From a virus (lineage: Duplodnaviria; Caudoviricetes), in the IMG/VR virus record IMGVR_UViG_3300020202_000165, positions 1 to 37,940 of that record: a stretch of 37,940 nucleotides of DNA, one strand, 5' to 3'. The notes under the pieces are model-generated. The model ran no database searches. It was not told where the DNA came from and saw only the letters and a program-made list of their open reading frames with translations. The position numbers were made by a program, and so were the translations under genes. Each line of letters starts with the position of its first letter. The stretch's first letter is position 1. Of this stretch, positions 25,142 to 34,021 are shown in pieces.

Positions 25142-25504
25142 CTAGACATTTGCCATCCTGCGCTTGGCGCGGTCAACCAAATTCCGTGCTTCTCTAAGCA
25201 CTTCGGCCTCTTGTTTGTGCCGCATATAGCTCAATCCTTCGAGCCCGCGAGATAGGGTGTCTAGTATCTCGCTGACTGCCTTCAGGTGCTCGAACGAGCG
25301 GAGAGGGAGGTCGAACCGGACGCGGCGGTCCAGGCCGGTCATCTCGACGCGCCGCTCGGTGATCGGCACCAGCGCATCGCGCGTCGCTTTGGCAATCTCC
25401 TGGCTCGCGACCTTGCCCAGGCGCGGAATCATCTTGGCCACATCCGGCTCCACCAGCGGGGTTCCATCGGCCAGTAGGCGGCCGTCTTGTGCGATCTCAA
25501 CCAT
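25142..25504 (-). CDS. Hypothetical protein (about 120 aa), last gene of the early-left operon next to the dif-like site
   Basis: ATG at 25504 with SD GAGGAG; helical C-terminus. Confidence 0.65.
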   Translation of the reverse strand: MVEIAQDGRLLADGTPLVEPDVAKMIPRLGKVASQEIAKATRDALVPITERRVEMTGLDRRVRFDLPLRSFEHLKAVSEILDTLSRGLEGLSYMRHKQEAEVLREARNLVDRAKRRMANV

Positions 25505-25546
25505 GTTCACTCCTCAGCTCCAACGGCAGGCGTAGGCGTCGCTCTG

Positions 25547-25819
25547 TCATGGGGTGTCTTGGTGGGGCCGCCACTCCTGGCATGACCGAGTTAGGTCATC
25601 CAATTGCTCGCGCAGTTCGTCGGGCAACGCGGTCTCTGGGCCAATCTGGTCGAGATCGATCGCCCCGCATTCACCGCCCTCGGGATACGCCCAAAGCCCC
25701 GAAGGATTGGTCTGCGGATCGGGCTGGTAGGTCGGAGGCGGGAGATCGATGCGAGCCACCTCCCACATGTCCGAGTGCCAGTGTTTGATCCAGCGATAGG
25801 TGCCGGGCTTTGCGTCCAT
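25547..25819 (-). CDS. Hypothetical protein
   Basis: ORF with GGAG upstream; in - strand operon. Confidence 0.55.
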   Translation of the reverse strand: MDAKPGTYRWIKHWHSDMWEVARIDLPPPTYQPDPQTNPSGLWAYPEGGECGAIDLDQIGPETALPDELREQLDDLTRSCQEWRPHQDTP

Positions 25820-25876
25820 GGCCTTTGCTCCGTCCGGTCGTCGCGCTACTGCGCGAAACAGAATCCATCTTCTCTG

Positions 25877-26176
25877 TCACCCCCTCGTCTCCTTCAGCGT
25901 GGAGAGGCGGGAGAGGGCGTCGGTAACTTCCAGCCTTTCGCCCCAATATTTCTTGGCAAATTGCCTGTCGGCCTCCGCAGCCCTCGCCACCTCGACCAGC
26001 GCCAGCACGGCGTCGGCGAGAGCGGGGGCGGCGGTCTGTTGCCGAGCGCCAGCCGCCAAAATTGATTCGAGCCCTCCGGGAACGAGGGTGGCTCCAGCTT
26101 TGATGAATCGCTGATCATCCTTCACCTCCTCCGCCATGCGCGTGATTGCGGAGAGCGTGGTTTCGAGGTCGGTCAT
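25877..26176 (-). CDS. Hypothetical protein
   Basis: ATGA coupling with upstream gene; ALADAVLALVEVARAA helix. Confidence 0.55.
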   Translation of the reverse strand: MTDLETTLSAITRMAEEVKDDQRFIKAGATLVPGGLESILAAGARQQTAAPALADAVLALVEVARAAEADRQFAKKYWGERLEVTDALSRLSTLKETRG

Positions 26177-26439
26177 GTTGGGTCCATCCGCTGCTTGAAT
26201 GCGCGCTCAGCGGCAGCCCGGTCCTTCATGCCGCACGAGAAGCAGACGTTCTCGCCCCTTGGACCGTAGGGGCGTGTTTCGGCCACTGCGCCGCAGAGAT
26301 CGCAGCGCTGAGCGGCTTCCGCTTCAATCAGCAAATTCCCAGTCTTTAGTCGTCGCGTCATTGCCCCTCCCAAGGCACGCGCGGCGCGGCGTCGTGCGAC
26401 CGCCTCGACCAGCGCGGCCTTCAGCTCGTCGGGCGTCAT
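26173..26439 (-). CDS. Small zinc-finger protein
   Basis: CDLC...ETRPYGPRGENVCFSC. Confidence 0.6.
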   Translation of the reverse strand: MTPDELKAALVEAVARRRAARALGGAMTRRLKTGNLLIEAEAAQRCDLCGAVAETRPYGPRGENVCFSCGMKDRAAAERAFKQRMDPT

Positions 26440-26735
26440 GGCCGGGTATCCTTCTTCAGCTTGCCGACCGCAACCAGCGCATCAATCAAGCGCTTGCCTT
26501 CCTTCAGGTCCATGAACGGAGCGAAGGTGGTCAGCAGCGTGCAAACGGTCGCAGCCTCGGCAAGCTCCTCGAATTTTGCCCGCTCCGCCTCTCTCCCCCG
26601 CTGCTCGGCGGCGAGGAGGGCGGTTTCGATGTTCTTGATTGCGGCGTACACGAGGCTGTTCTTGCGAAGTGCGTAGGCCAGATCATTGGCCAGCCTCTCC
26701 GCCTGCTCGCGCGCCCACTCGGTGTCCTGGGTCAT
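26436..26735 (-). CDS. Hypothetical protein
   Basis: MTQDTEWARE start; ATGA coupling. Confidence 0.55.
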   Translation of the reverse strand: MTQDTEWAREQAERLANDLAYALRKNSLVYAAIKNIETALLAAEQRGREAERAKFEELAEAATVCTLLTTFAPFMDLKEGKRLIDALVAVGKLKKDTRP

Positions 26736-26739
26736 GGCG

Positions 26740-27138
26740 TCACTTCCCATGGCTCGGCTCCTTGGTGAGGGCTGCAAGCGCGCGGTCTGCCGGGTCACCT
26801 ACGGCGCTACAAAATGCCGAATGCACCCGACTGCGCGTGCTGCAGATGTGGCAGGCCGGCGCGTGCAAGTTCAGCGCAGCCCGCAGCCTCGCCGCTTCCG
26901 CCTCCGCTGCGGCGCGGGCGGTCTCGGCGGCGGTGAGACGGTTACGCTCCATCTCCCGCTGTGCGATGTAGGCCATGATCAGGCAGTCATCGTCATGGTG
27001 CGGCCGACACGGAATGCTGAAGCGCGCCCGGTTGTCGTTGCCGAATGCCGAGTTGATCAGCCGTTGCGCGATCTCCAGCGCTTCCTTGTGCTCGATGATG
27101 CGAACCGCCGTCATCTCCTGCGGTGCTGCTGGGTCCAT
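26740..27138 (-). CDS. Hypothetical protein with coiled coil and CxxC
   Basis: SD AGGAG before MDPAAPQE. Confidence 0.55.
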   Translation of the reverse strand: MDPAAPQEMTAVRIIEHKEALEIAQRLINSAFGNDNRARFSIPCRPHHDDDCLIMAYIAQREMERNRLTAAETARAAAEAEAARLRAALNLHAPACHICSTRSRVHSAFCSAVGDPADRALAALTKEPSHGK

Positions 27139-27139
27139 C

Positions 27140-27481
27140 TCACTTCTCCTGGGTGGCGCGGGCGCGGAGGGCAACCGCAAGCCATAAACAGGGCTCGTGA
27201 TAGCCCTTGACGATGATGTCGTCGAAAGCCATACCGCGATAACGGCGGGTGCCGAGTTCATAGAAGCCGGCACGCGCGCGAGCCAGCGTCCACTGCTCCA
27301 GCCATTCTTTGCCGGCGCAGTCTCGGGCAAGCATCAGGTCGGCGGTGTACTCTGGCTCCTGGTCGTCCAGCTCATACATCGCGCGCTTGCGAAGAAGCGG
27401 GTCAACCGCCTTGTCGAGGGCGCGATCCGGCCCCGTCGCCTTCTCCAGCCGTTCGATCAGCGCCTCTATCTCACTCGCCAT
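27140..27481 (-). CDS. Hypothetical protein (LIERLEKATGPDRALD N-terminus)
   Basis: SD GGAGG; N-terminal motif typical of phage early accessory genes. Confidence 0.6.
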   Translation of the reverse strand: MASEIEALIERLEKATGPDRALDKAVDPLLRKRAMYELDDQEPEYTADLMLARDCAGKEWLEQWTLARARAGFYELGTRRYRGMAFDDIIVKGYHEPCLWLAVALRARATQEK

Positions 27482-27689
27482 CGTCATCCTCCGGATCGCC
27501 CCAGTCGGGGAGGTCGTCAGGGTCTTCGCCCATCACCCAGCCGTTGATGCACTGCATGCAGGGCGCGCCAGAAAGCCAGTCGCGCGTGCCAGTGCCGTTG
27601 CAGGCTAGGCATTCGGTGAACGATGCGGCCGGGTCTAGGACTGTGCCCGCCCGCTTGGCGGCGATCAGCTCGCGGCGGCGACGGCTCAT
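27471..27689 (-). CDS. Small DnaJ-type zinc-finger protein with acidic tail
   Basis: CLACNGTG...CMQCING; DPDDLPDWGDPEDDDGE tail. Confidence 0.55.
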   Translation of the reverse strand: MSRRRRELIAAKRAGTVLDPAASFTECLACNGTGTRDWLSGAPCMQCINGWVMGEDPDDLPDWGDPEDDDGE

Positions 27690-28207
27690 GATGACACTTC
27701 CCCGTAGCGCTCGACTTCCATCCGGTGAGCCCGGTAAGACCTCTCGATCTCCAGGTATCTCCGGCCAGCGGCTTCGTCGGTGTCGTACTCCTTGCGGGAC
27801 TTCACGTTGGTCCGCCACCGGAGCCACATTGCCGCCTTCTCGGCGTCGTCAATCTGAATGCAGTTCTCTTGCCCGAGCCGCTTTGCTTCCTGAGCGTTTG
27901 CCCACTCCCAGAACATCGGCTCTCCGCACATGATCGCGGCTCGCTTGGAGAGCTTCAGGGTGTGCCAGGGTTCGGATTCCTTTTTGCGCGCAGTAGCGCG
28001 CTCCGCCGGAGCCTCGGGCTTCTGTTCCGTCACCTTGTCCAGCTGTAGCGGTGCGATGCCGACCCACTTGCTGCCGCCTGGGTCTGGCGTGCCGAGCAGG
28101 TCGAGGATCTTGCCCGTCTGCTCGACCGGCGCCTCGAACACCAACTGGATTTGCTTCCGGCCGGCGACGGTGCGGAAGCTGTGGAAGGTGGCGGCTATCG
28201 CGTTCAT
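27686..28207 (-). CDS. Hypothetical conserved phage protein
   Basis: AAIMCGEPMFWEW...WLRWRTNVKSRKE motif; ATGA coupling. Confidence 0.7.
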   Translation of the reverse strand: MNAIAATFHSFRTVAGRKQIQLVFEAPVEQTGKILDLLGTPDPGGSKWVGIAPLQLDKVTEQKPEAPAERATARKKESEPWHTLKLSKRAAIMCGEPMFWEWANAQEAKRLGQENCIQIDDAEKAAMWLRWRTNVKSRKEYDTDEAAGRRYLEIERSYRAHRMEVERYGEVSS

Positions 28208-28434
28208 AGCCAGTCGATCTCCGCGCCCGGTTCGTTGTTGAACAGCGCCATCTTCTGCATGATGTCGGCGTGGTCCTTGCCGTAGACCAACACCACGTCC
28301 TGACAGTCGCGGAACATGTCGAGGCGCAGGATGAATGGCTTGCCACGCTCGGTCAGGCGCTCGATGTTGCCCGGCTCCATGCCGATCATGCCGATTCGGA
28401 TGTCGCCCTTGCGGCAGACTGCACGTACACTCAT
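28204..28434 (-). CDS. Hypothetical protein (76 aa)
   Basis: MSVRAVCRKG start by ATGA coupling. Confidence 0.55.
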   Translation of the reverse strand: MSVRAVCRKGDIRIGMIGMEPGNIERLTERGKPFILRLDMFRDCQDVVLVYGKDHADIMQKMALFNNEPGAEIDWL

Positions 28435-28790
28435 TGTGCTGCCTCTCTGATGCGTTGATCGGGGGAGCGCCGAGCGAAGTCCCGGCAGATGATGCGGAGA
28501 TTGAGTCCGAACATCTTCTGGAACTCCGCTTCGCCCACCTGGTGCTGTAGACGATGGTGCGCGTCGCATACGCAAAAGATGAACTGATCCGCCGGCTTCA
28601 AGCCCATCCCGCCACCCGTCGCAGTCCTGAAGTGCGCCGCGACCTTCGGCCCACCACAGGGGTACTTCGGGTGGTTGAACGCCGCGCACACGCATTGCTG
28701 CCGGCGGATGAATGCCTTATGGCTCGCCGAGCGGATGAAGCTGGACTGCTTCACCCCCATGCGCTTGCGGAGTGGGGCGGGGCCTATCAC
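28431..28790 (-). CDS. DUF968-like / HNH-type nuclease
   Basis: HKAFIRRQQCVC...AAHFR...GGMGLKPAD...VCDAHHRLQHQVGE. Confidence 0.7.
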   Translation of the reverse strand: MIGPAPLRKRMGVKQSSFIRSASHKAFIRRQQCVCAAFNHPKYPCGGPKVAAHFRTATGGGMGLKPADQFIFCVCDAHHRLQHQVGEAEFQKMFGLNLRIICRDFARRSPDQRIREAAQ

Positions 28791-28792
28791 GG

Positions 28793-29425
28793 CTACAGCC
28801 CGAATGGATCGTCTGCCGGGTCGGGCATGCCGCTGCCATCATGCGGCGGCGGGTGGGCTTCGGTGTGCTGGCCGTGAGCCGCCGCGTACTCGGGCGACTT
28901 GGCGATGGTCTCGCGCAACCGCTCGCCCAGCTTGTTGAACAGCTCGGCGTTGAACGGCCGTTCGTCCAGGTCAAAGAAGATCGTCTCGTTCACCCGCTGC
29001 GGGGCCGCGGAGCCCTTCGGCAGCCGCATAATGCCGGCGACGTTCGCATAGGTGCGGTCGCCATTCTCGTTGTGCACCACATTGAGCAGACACGGCTTGC
29101 CCATGAGGGTGGACAGGTCGAAGCGGGCGATTTCGTCATCCGTGAATTTGGCGCCGCGCCACGCCTCCAGGTCCTTCCGCAGTCCGGCTTTCTCGTGGCT
29201 GGACAGCGTGTAGGTCTTGCTGATGGAGAAGGGGCGGCCGTCCTCCATCTTCTCGTCGCCGCATAGCTCCCAGGTGATCATCACCTTGTGCGCCTTGCGG
29301 GGCTTGCCCTGGTAGCTGCCTTCCTGGGTGCCCAGGTCGATGAAGCGATAGCAGATCGCGATATGCGTTCCGCTCGGCGCTAGTTCGAAATTGCCGCCAG
29401 TGTTGGCGGGCATCGTGCGTGCCAT
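28793..29425 (-). CDS. Single-stranded DNA-binding protein (phage type)
   Basis: GTHIAICYRFIDLGTQ, LSSHEKAGLRKDLEAWRG, GKPCLLNV, YANV; acidic C-terminus ending DDPFGL. Confidence 0.75.
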   Translation of the reverse strand: MARTMPANTGGNFELAPSGTHIAICYRFIDLGTQEGSYQGKPRKAHKVMITWELCGDEKMEDGRPFSISKTYTLSSHEKAGLRKDLEAWRGAKFTDDEIARFDLSTLMGKPCLLNVVHNENGDRTYANVAGIMRLPKGSAAPQRVNETIFFDLDERPFNAELFNKLGERLRETIAKSPEYAAAHGQHTEAHPPPHDGSGMPDPADDPFGL

Positions 29426-29440
29426 GGTGCTTTCTCCTCT

Positions 29441-30115
29441 TTAGGCTGCGCGCTTTTTCAGTCCACGGTCGATGTCGTACAGCTCGCGCATCAGCACGAA
29501 CGCGCGCCACGCTTCGTCCAGGTTGGCGAAGTAGTGGTGCCCGAAGTCCGCGTGCTCCTTGGCGAACCGCAGTAGATGAAAGCCGCCGGTCAACGGCCGG
29601 TCTGGATGGTTCTCCTCCCAAAGCTGCCGGTAGGCGGCAAGCTGGATCAGGTAGTCCTGATAGACGCCGTTGCTCGTCTTCCAATCCAGCAGGCACAGTT
29701 CGTTGCCAATCATGCCAATGGCGTCGGGCGTGCCTCCGAACCGGTACTGTTCGGAGACAAGCTGCATTTCCTGCTCGACCACCACGAGCTTGGTCATCTC
29801 CGCCCACTTGAGGTAGGCAACGAAGCTCGACCGGGCTTTGGTTTGCATCTCCGGGTCGGGTAAGGTCTTGTCGAGCCAGTCATTCAGTTCGGCGTCGCTT
29901 GCGCCCTTGATGCGCAGCTCGACCATGCCGTGTGCGGCGGTGCCGATGTCGGCGGCCTTCTCCGCTTCATCGTAGAGCTTGGCCTTGCCGAGCTTGCCTT
30001 GCTGGAAAGCCCAGAACATCAGCCCGCCGCTGTCCTTGAAGCGGCCAATTATGGTGGTGGTGCCCGGCACCTTCGTCCCATCTTTCAGGAAGTACCCGGC
30101 CTTTGGCGTCGGCAT
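29441..30115 (-). CDS. PD-(D/E)XK exonuclease (Cas4/RecB-like)
   Basis: PGTTTII, IGTAAH, GGTPD, LLDWKTS, QLAAY motifs; start 30115 by TAATG coupling. Confidence 0.85.
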   Translation of the reverse strand: MPTPKAGYFLKDGTKVPGTTTIIGRFKDSGGLMFWAFQQGKLGKAKLYDEAEKAADIGTAAHGMVELRIKGASDAELNDWLDKTLPDPEMQTKARSSFVAYLKWAEMTKLVVVEQEMQLVSEQYRFGGTPDAIGMIGNELCLLDWKTSNGVYQDYLIQLAAYRQLWEENHPDRPLTGGFHLLRFAKEHADFGHHYFANLDEAWRAFVLMRELYDIDRGLKKRAA

Positions 30116-30351
30116 TAAGCGGCCTCCTTGCTGGAAACGAGTAGCGCGAGAGACGAAAGCCGATCGGCCAGCTCGCGGAGCCATTCACCGTTGCGGCGGA
30201 GCAGGGGCGGCGGCGCGCTTTCCAGGCCGACAAGCGCGGAGTGGATCGCCTGCAGGTCGGCCTCGGTGTCTTCCAGGGTCGCCGGCAGAAGCGCGCTACT
30301 GCGCGCAATCCCCATATCTGGCGCCTCTGCGATGCGCTGCGGCTCGGTCAT
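30115..30351 (-). CDS. Hypothetical protein
   Basis: MTEPQRIAE start; overlaps with both neighbours; ends KEAA. Confidence 0.5.
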   Translation of the reverse strand: MTEPQRIAEAPDMGIARSSALLPATLEDTEADLQAIHSALVGLESAPPPLLRRNGEWLRELADRLSSLALLVSSKEAA

Positions 30352-30656
30352 GGCGCACCCAATTCTGAGCGCGCCTTCTCGCTTAAAGCGGCGATGACGG
30401 CCTTCTGCTGCGCGATATGCGCCTCGATGATGGGGCGCGCGAGTCCCCAAGGGACATTGAATAGCCGCCGACTGTTGGAGCCGGACGGCACGCCGAGTTC
30501 CATGCCGCCGACCTGCCGTCCGAAGGCGTCGCGGATGTCCGGCGCCGGGTGTCGCCCCGTGGCCTCCGCGATTTCAGCCAGCAGTGTCTCTGCGGTTTCG
30601 ATCTCGCGGTAGGCGAACGCAATCGCCCGCGCAGTTTCAAATTCAATGGCGCTCAT
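30348..30656 (-). CDS. Hypothetical conserved phage protein
   Basis: IAFAYREIETAE...DAFGR...LGVPSG; SD GGAGAGG. Confidence 0.65.
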   Translation of the reverse strand: MSAIEFETARAIAFAYREIETAETLLAEIAEATGRHPAPDIRDAFGRQVGGMELGVPSGSNSRRLFNVPWGLARPIIEAHIAQQKAVIAALSEKARSELGAP

Positions 30657-30829
30657 GACAGCCTCTCCAGTTCCGCCGCCTCGTCCCGCCACGCTGCGGA
30701 GACGGGCCGCTCCAGGGCCACACCGGCAAGAAAATTCCTCCACCAGACCGCGTTCTCCGCGATCGGCAGCACGTCGCTCAGGGAGCCGGACCGCTTACGG
30801 ACGGCGGGGAGGGGGACGATGGCGTTCAT
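30653..30829 (-). CDS. Hypothetical protein (58 aa)
   Basis: MNAIVPLP start after GGAG; ATGA coupling. Confidence 0.5.
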   Translation of the reverse strand: MNAIVPLPAVRKRSGSLSDVLPIAENAVWWRNFLAGVALERPVSAAWRDEAAELERLS

Positions 30830-31160
30830 GGGGTGGCTCCGGGTTAGTCGGCTTCTCAAGTGAGGTGATCGCCTTGTCGAAGGCGCGGAGCACCTGGGCG
30901 TGCGTGCGGCGAGGGGCGTCGTTCCACTCGGCGATGGCACCGCCAATCGCCACCTCAAGGGCGGCCCGCGCATTGTGGTAACCGCCATTCCAGCCGCCGC
31001 TAGCTCTTGCGATAGCCCCGGCCGCGCAGAAGCAGACCGCCGCGCGAGACTTCATCCCAACCGGCACGCCATCCCGATCCTTCGCCGCGTCGCCCTTGGT
31101 CCATCGCTCCGGCGTCTCGATCAGCTTCCTTGCCTTGCGCAGTACCTGCAGCGCATTCAT
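30795..31160 (-). CDS. DUF6197-like protein
   Basis: VLRKARKLIETPERWTKG...CFCAAGAI...WNDAPRRTHAQVLRAFDKAI. Confidence 0.65.
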   Translation of the reverse strand: MNALQVLRKARKLIETPERWTKGDAAKDRDGVPVGMKSRAAVCFCAAGAIARASGGWNGGYHNARAALEVAIGGAIAEWNDAPRRTHAQVLRAFDKAITSLEKPTNPEPPHERHRPPPRRP

Positions 31161-31405
31161 GGCCGTTCTCCTTCGTTGCACCCGCGCTCGACCCAGGTCA
31201 TCAGCCCACGGGCTTTCTTCGCCAGCGCCTCTGCCTCGCGCATCAGCTCGGCGCAGGCATCAGACCTTCCCGTCGCCCACTCCAACCCCCGCTGTGCGGC
31301 CCGTAGGCTGCCCATGCTGTCCTCCAGGGAGACCGCGAAGTGCTCCAGGAAGTCGGTGGCGTCGGCCAGGTCTTCCCGGCGGGTGGCGTAGTTCAGCACG
31401 GTCAT
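31157..31405 (-). CDS. Hypothetical protein
   Basis: ATGA coupling at both ends. Confidence 0.55.
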   Translation of the reverse strand: MTVLNYATRREDLADATDFLEHFAVSLEDSMGSLRAAQRGLEWATGRSDACAELMREAEALAKKARGLMTWVERGCNEGERP

Positions 31406-31635
31406 GTCCAGATGCCCTTCAGGAAATGCTTCGGCGTGGTTTGGAAGGCGCGAGCTATCGTCTCAACGTCGTGAAGCAAGATGCGCTGGCGACCGGTTTC
31501 GATGTTCGCCACGCTGGCTCGCGTGAGGCCGATCCGTTTGGCGAGGTCTTGCTGCGTCCACCCGATGGCCTCGCGGGTGTGGACGATCTTCGCGCCGATC
31601 AGGACATAGATCGGTTGCATGGGCTTCGCGGTCAT
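31402..31635 (-). CDS. XRE-family HTH transcriptional regulator
   Basis: REAIGWTQQDLAKRIGLTRASVANIETGRQ. Confidence 0.9.
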   Translation of the reverse strand: MTAKPMQPIYVLIGAKIVHTREAIGWTQQDLAKRIGLTRASVANIETGRQRILLHDVETIARAFQTTPKHFLKGIWT

Positions 31636-31637
31636 GC

Positions 31638-31988
31638 TCAGCGGCCCTCCAGCGTGGCGCGGGCGATGGCGAGAGCTTCCTTTGCGTTAGACCAAGGGAG
31701 CTTTTCCTTCGCGTAGACCAGCTCGCCCACACAGCGTTTCAGCGCCTCGCGGAGCTTGGCGTTCTCCGCCTTCAGGGCGTCGTGGGCGCGGCGGTTCCAG
31801 GCGGCGATAGCGTCTTGCCGGTTGGCGCGGCGCGGCCCCTTGGCGCTGCACTTCACGCACCACATAAAGTATGCCTCCATGCTGGCGCCTGGCGACAGCT
31901 CCGCCCACGGATGCGGCTCACCTTCACCACAGAACGGGCACGGCCTCGGCGTCGCTGTGTCTGCCATCGCGTCGTTCTCCACGGTCAT
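31638..31988 (-). CDS. Lar-family restriction alleviation protein
   Basis: PCPFCG...CVKCSAKGP...AIAAWNRRA. Confidence 0.75.
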   Translation of the reverse strand: MTVENDAMADTATPRPCPFCGEGEPHPWAELSPGASMEAYFMWCVKCSAKGPRRANRQDAIAAWNRRAHDALKAENAKLREALKRCVGELVYAKEKLPWSNAKEALAIARATLEGR

Positions 31989-32335
31989 CGGATGCTCCGC
32001 AATTCAGCGTATGGCATCAGTTCGTGCGGAGCGGCCTTCAGCCGGTGCGGAACAGCAGCGATGGCCGCCTGAAGCTTCTCCCGCGCTACGTCATTCCGCA
32101 CCGTGACGAGCGCGGACTGAGCGCACCGCATCACCCGCATCAGCTTGGCGATGTCCTCTTGCAGGGCCTGTACGTCGCGTGCGCGGACATCCAAGGCGAC
32201 TTCGGCATGTTGGCTGCGCGAGACTTCACGCAGGAACTGCCGGGCCAACACCGCAAGGTCGTCATCGGGGTCGGCGTTGACGCGATCTAGGACTGTGTTG
32301 GCGAGCACAATTGCCGCCATGCGTTCGTCGCTCAT
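31985..32335 (-). CDS. Hypothetical protein
   Basis: ANTVLDRVNADPDDDLAVLARQFLR; ATGA couplings. Confidence 0.6.
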   Translation of the reverse strand: MSDERMAAIVLANTVLDRVNADPDDDLAVLARQFLREVSRSQHAEVALDVRARDVQALQEDIAKLMRVMRCAQSALVTVRNDVAREKLQAAIAAVPHRLKAAPHELMPYAELRSIR

Positions 32336-32532
32336 GGGCGTGCAGCCTTGGCGGCTTTGACCGCCGCGCGGAGATCGTCCATCAGCGCCTTGTCGATGCG
32401 GTAGTGCGTGACCTTGCCGTTGATGACGCTGGCCAGCGGGTTTGCCCGGCCGACAACAGCGTCGGCAGCCTTCAGCAGCTGGGCTAAGGCCTCACCGGTC
32501 GTCGCGCTACCGCGCGAAATCCCATCTTCCAT
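32332..32532 (-). CDS. Hypothetical protein (66 aa)
   Basis: SD GGAGGT upstream; ATGA coupling. Confidence 0.6.
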   Translation of the reverse strand: MEDGISRGSATTGEALAQLLKAADAVVGRANPLASVINGKVTHYRIDKALMDDLRAAVKAAKAARP

Positions 32533-32578
32533 CTCTCTTACCTCCGCTGTGCGGCTCTGCGCCGCGGGGATGGGGGAA

Positions 32579-33178
32579 TCAGGCTGCCATGTCGGGCAGG
32601 GGCTCCTTGCCCTTGCCGGCGTCGTCTTTCTCGAATGTCTTCTTGAACAGCGCGCCGCTCTGCGTGTGGAAGATCACGACGCCCTCGGGGTTCATGTAGC
32701 CGGGCGCGGCCGCGCTGCCCTTCGCCTGCAACAGCGTCATGGTCGCAGCCACTCGCGCGGTATCGAAGTCGCCCATGTAGAGCGTGGGCACGACATGGCA
32801 GCACGCCGGGCGCTTCTCCGGGTCGGTCCAGCGCCGGACGTTGAACAGGCTGAACCGCTTCTCGTGGCCGAGCCCGTAGCCGCGCTGGATGCCGCCGCCC
32901 CACCACTCGCCGAAGTGCCGGCCGGGGCCAAGCAGGCGCAGCGCTGGAGCGTTGGAGATCACCCAGGTTCCGAAGCCGTGGTTGTCCGGCGCATCCCAAG
33001 CCCAAGAGCCGTCCGCGCCCTGCCGCACCAGCAAGCGCGAGCGCGACGCGGCGCCGATCCGGCCGTCCTCCGTCACGATCACCTGGGCGTTGGTGCCGTC
33101 CAGCTTCTCCGTGATGATCACGTCGCGCGACAGGCGCCCGATCTTCGGAAATGCCTCGAAAGTGATGTCGGTCAACAT
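32579..33178 (-). CDS. RNA ligase (Rnl2-like adenylyltransferase domain only)
   Basis: Motif I TEKLDGTNA, SRSR, FGEWWG, FSLFN, EGVV, LFK; SD GGAGG. Confidence 0.85.
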   Translation of the reverse strand: MLTDITFEAFPKIGRLSRDVIITEKLDGTNAQVIVTEDGRIGAASRSRLLVRQGADGSWAWDAPDNHGFGTWVISNAPALRLLGPGRHFGEWWGGGIQRGYGLGHEKRFSLFNVRRWTDPEKRPACCHVVPTLYMGDFDTARVAATMTLLQAKGSAAAPGYMNPEGVVIFHTQSGALFKKTFEKDDAGKGKEPLPDMAA

Positions 33179-33220
33179 TGGTCCTCCGTCCGGCTCCAGC
33201 GCCGGGGGCTTGGTGGTGGG

Positions 33221-33460
33221 TTACTGGTTGCAATCCTCAAGCGCCGCTTTCATGAGCGCGCGCAGTACGGTCTCAGCGCCGAAGCGGTGCAGGCTGGCCT
33301 CAGTGTCGGGCGGGAACAGGTCTACGGCCTCTTTCGCCACCACGAGGGCGCGCTGCCATACCTGGGCGCGCTCAGTCGCCTTGGCCGGCGCGAATACCTC
33401 AGCCCAGAACTTGGCGCGGTCGTCGGCCGTCATGGATGCGAACAGCGGTTCTATCTTCAT
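33221..33460 (-). CDS. Hypothetical protein (79 aa)
   Basis: MKIEPLF start by ATGA coupling. Confidence 0.55.
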   Translation of the reverse strand: MKIEPLFASMTADDRAKFWAEVFAPAKATERAQVWQRALVVAKEAVDLFPPDTEASLHRFGAETVLRALMKAALEDCNQ

Positions 33461-33576
33461 GGCCGGAACCATCCGAATTTGTCGGCGCACCACAGGAACA
33501 GGGCGAACAGCCAGAGCAGCGCGAACGGCGTTATGGCCGCCGCGACGTAGCCGAGCGCGAAGCTGCCCCAACTCAC
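33457..33576 (-). CDS. Small membrane protein (39 aa)
   Basis: Read manually: MSWGSFALGYVAAAITPFALLWLFALFLWCADKFGWFRP; GTGA and ATGA couplings. Confidence 0.55.
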   Translation of the reverse strand: MSWGSFALGYVAAAITPFALLWLFALFLWCADKFGWFRP

Positions 33577-33902
33577 GCCCACACCAGCGTCTGCGAATCG
33601 ATGCCAGCTTCATTCGCCGCCTGATTGGCGCGCGTCATCGCGTCGCTGAGCTTCTGCGTCAGGCCGTATTCGGTGATCGTGCCGACATTGACCGGGCCGG
33701 GCGGCTGGCGGCGCTTCAGTTCCGCCTTCGCGCAATCAAGCGCGGTCACGCCCGAGCGGCTGGACCAGCTTTCACGGTTTCGATGGCTGTGCTCGCACTG
33801 CCAAACGATCTTGCCCTTCGCGTCGCGCAGCACGCCGGCATAGTTGCCATCGCCCTCGCGGCACTCGGTCAGTCGCTTCGTCGATGCTTTGAGGTTCGCC
33901 AT
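33573..33902 (-). CDS. Hypothetical protein, first gene of early-left operon
   Basis: SD GGAGGG before MANLKAS; WQCEHSH...ALDCA motif. Confidence 0.7.
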   Translation of the reverse strand: MANLKASTKRLTECREGDGNYAGVLRDAKGKIVWQCEHSHRNRESWSSRSGVTALDCAKAELKRRQPPGPVNVGTITEYGLTQKLSDAMTRANQAANEAGIDSQTLVWA

Positions 33903-33943
33903 CTCGTCCCTCCATGTCGCCGGCTGCCCGGCTGATGGAAAGG

Positions 33944-33994
33944 AGAATATCACATTGCGTGATGTACGCAAGCCCAAATATCACGTGCCGTGAT
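33944..33994 (-). promoter_or_regulatory. PL promoter with two operators (OL)
   Basis: -35 TTGCGT (33966-33971), 16-nt spacer, -10 TATTCT (33944-33949) with TGn; operators ATCAC-N5-GTGAT at 33949-33963 and 33980-33994. Confidence 0.85.
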
Positions 33995-34021
33995 TTTTAC
34001 CTTTTGACCGGAATTGACCGC

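Noticed and set aside
29441-30115. Cas4-like nuclease as part of a CRISPR system
   Set aside because: No array or other cas genes seen; it sits beside SSB as an ordinary phage recombination exonuclease
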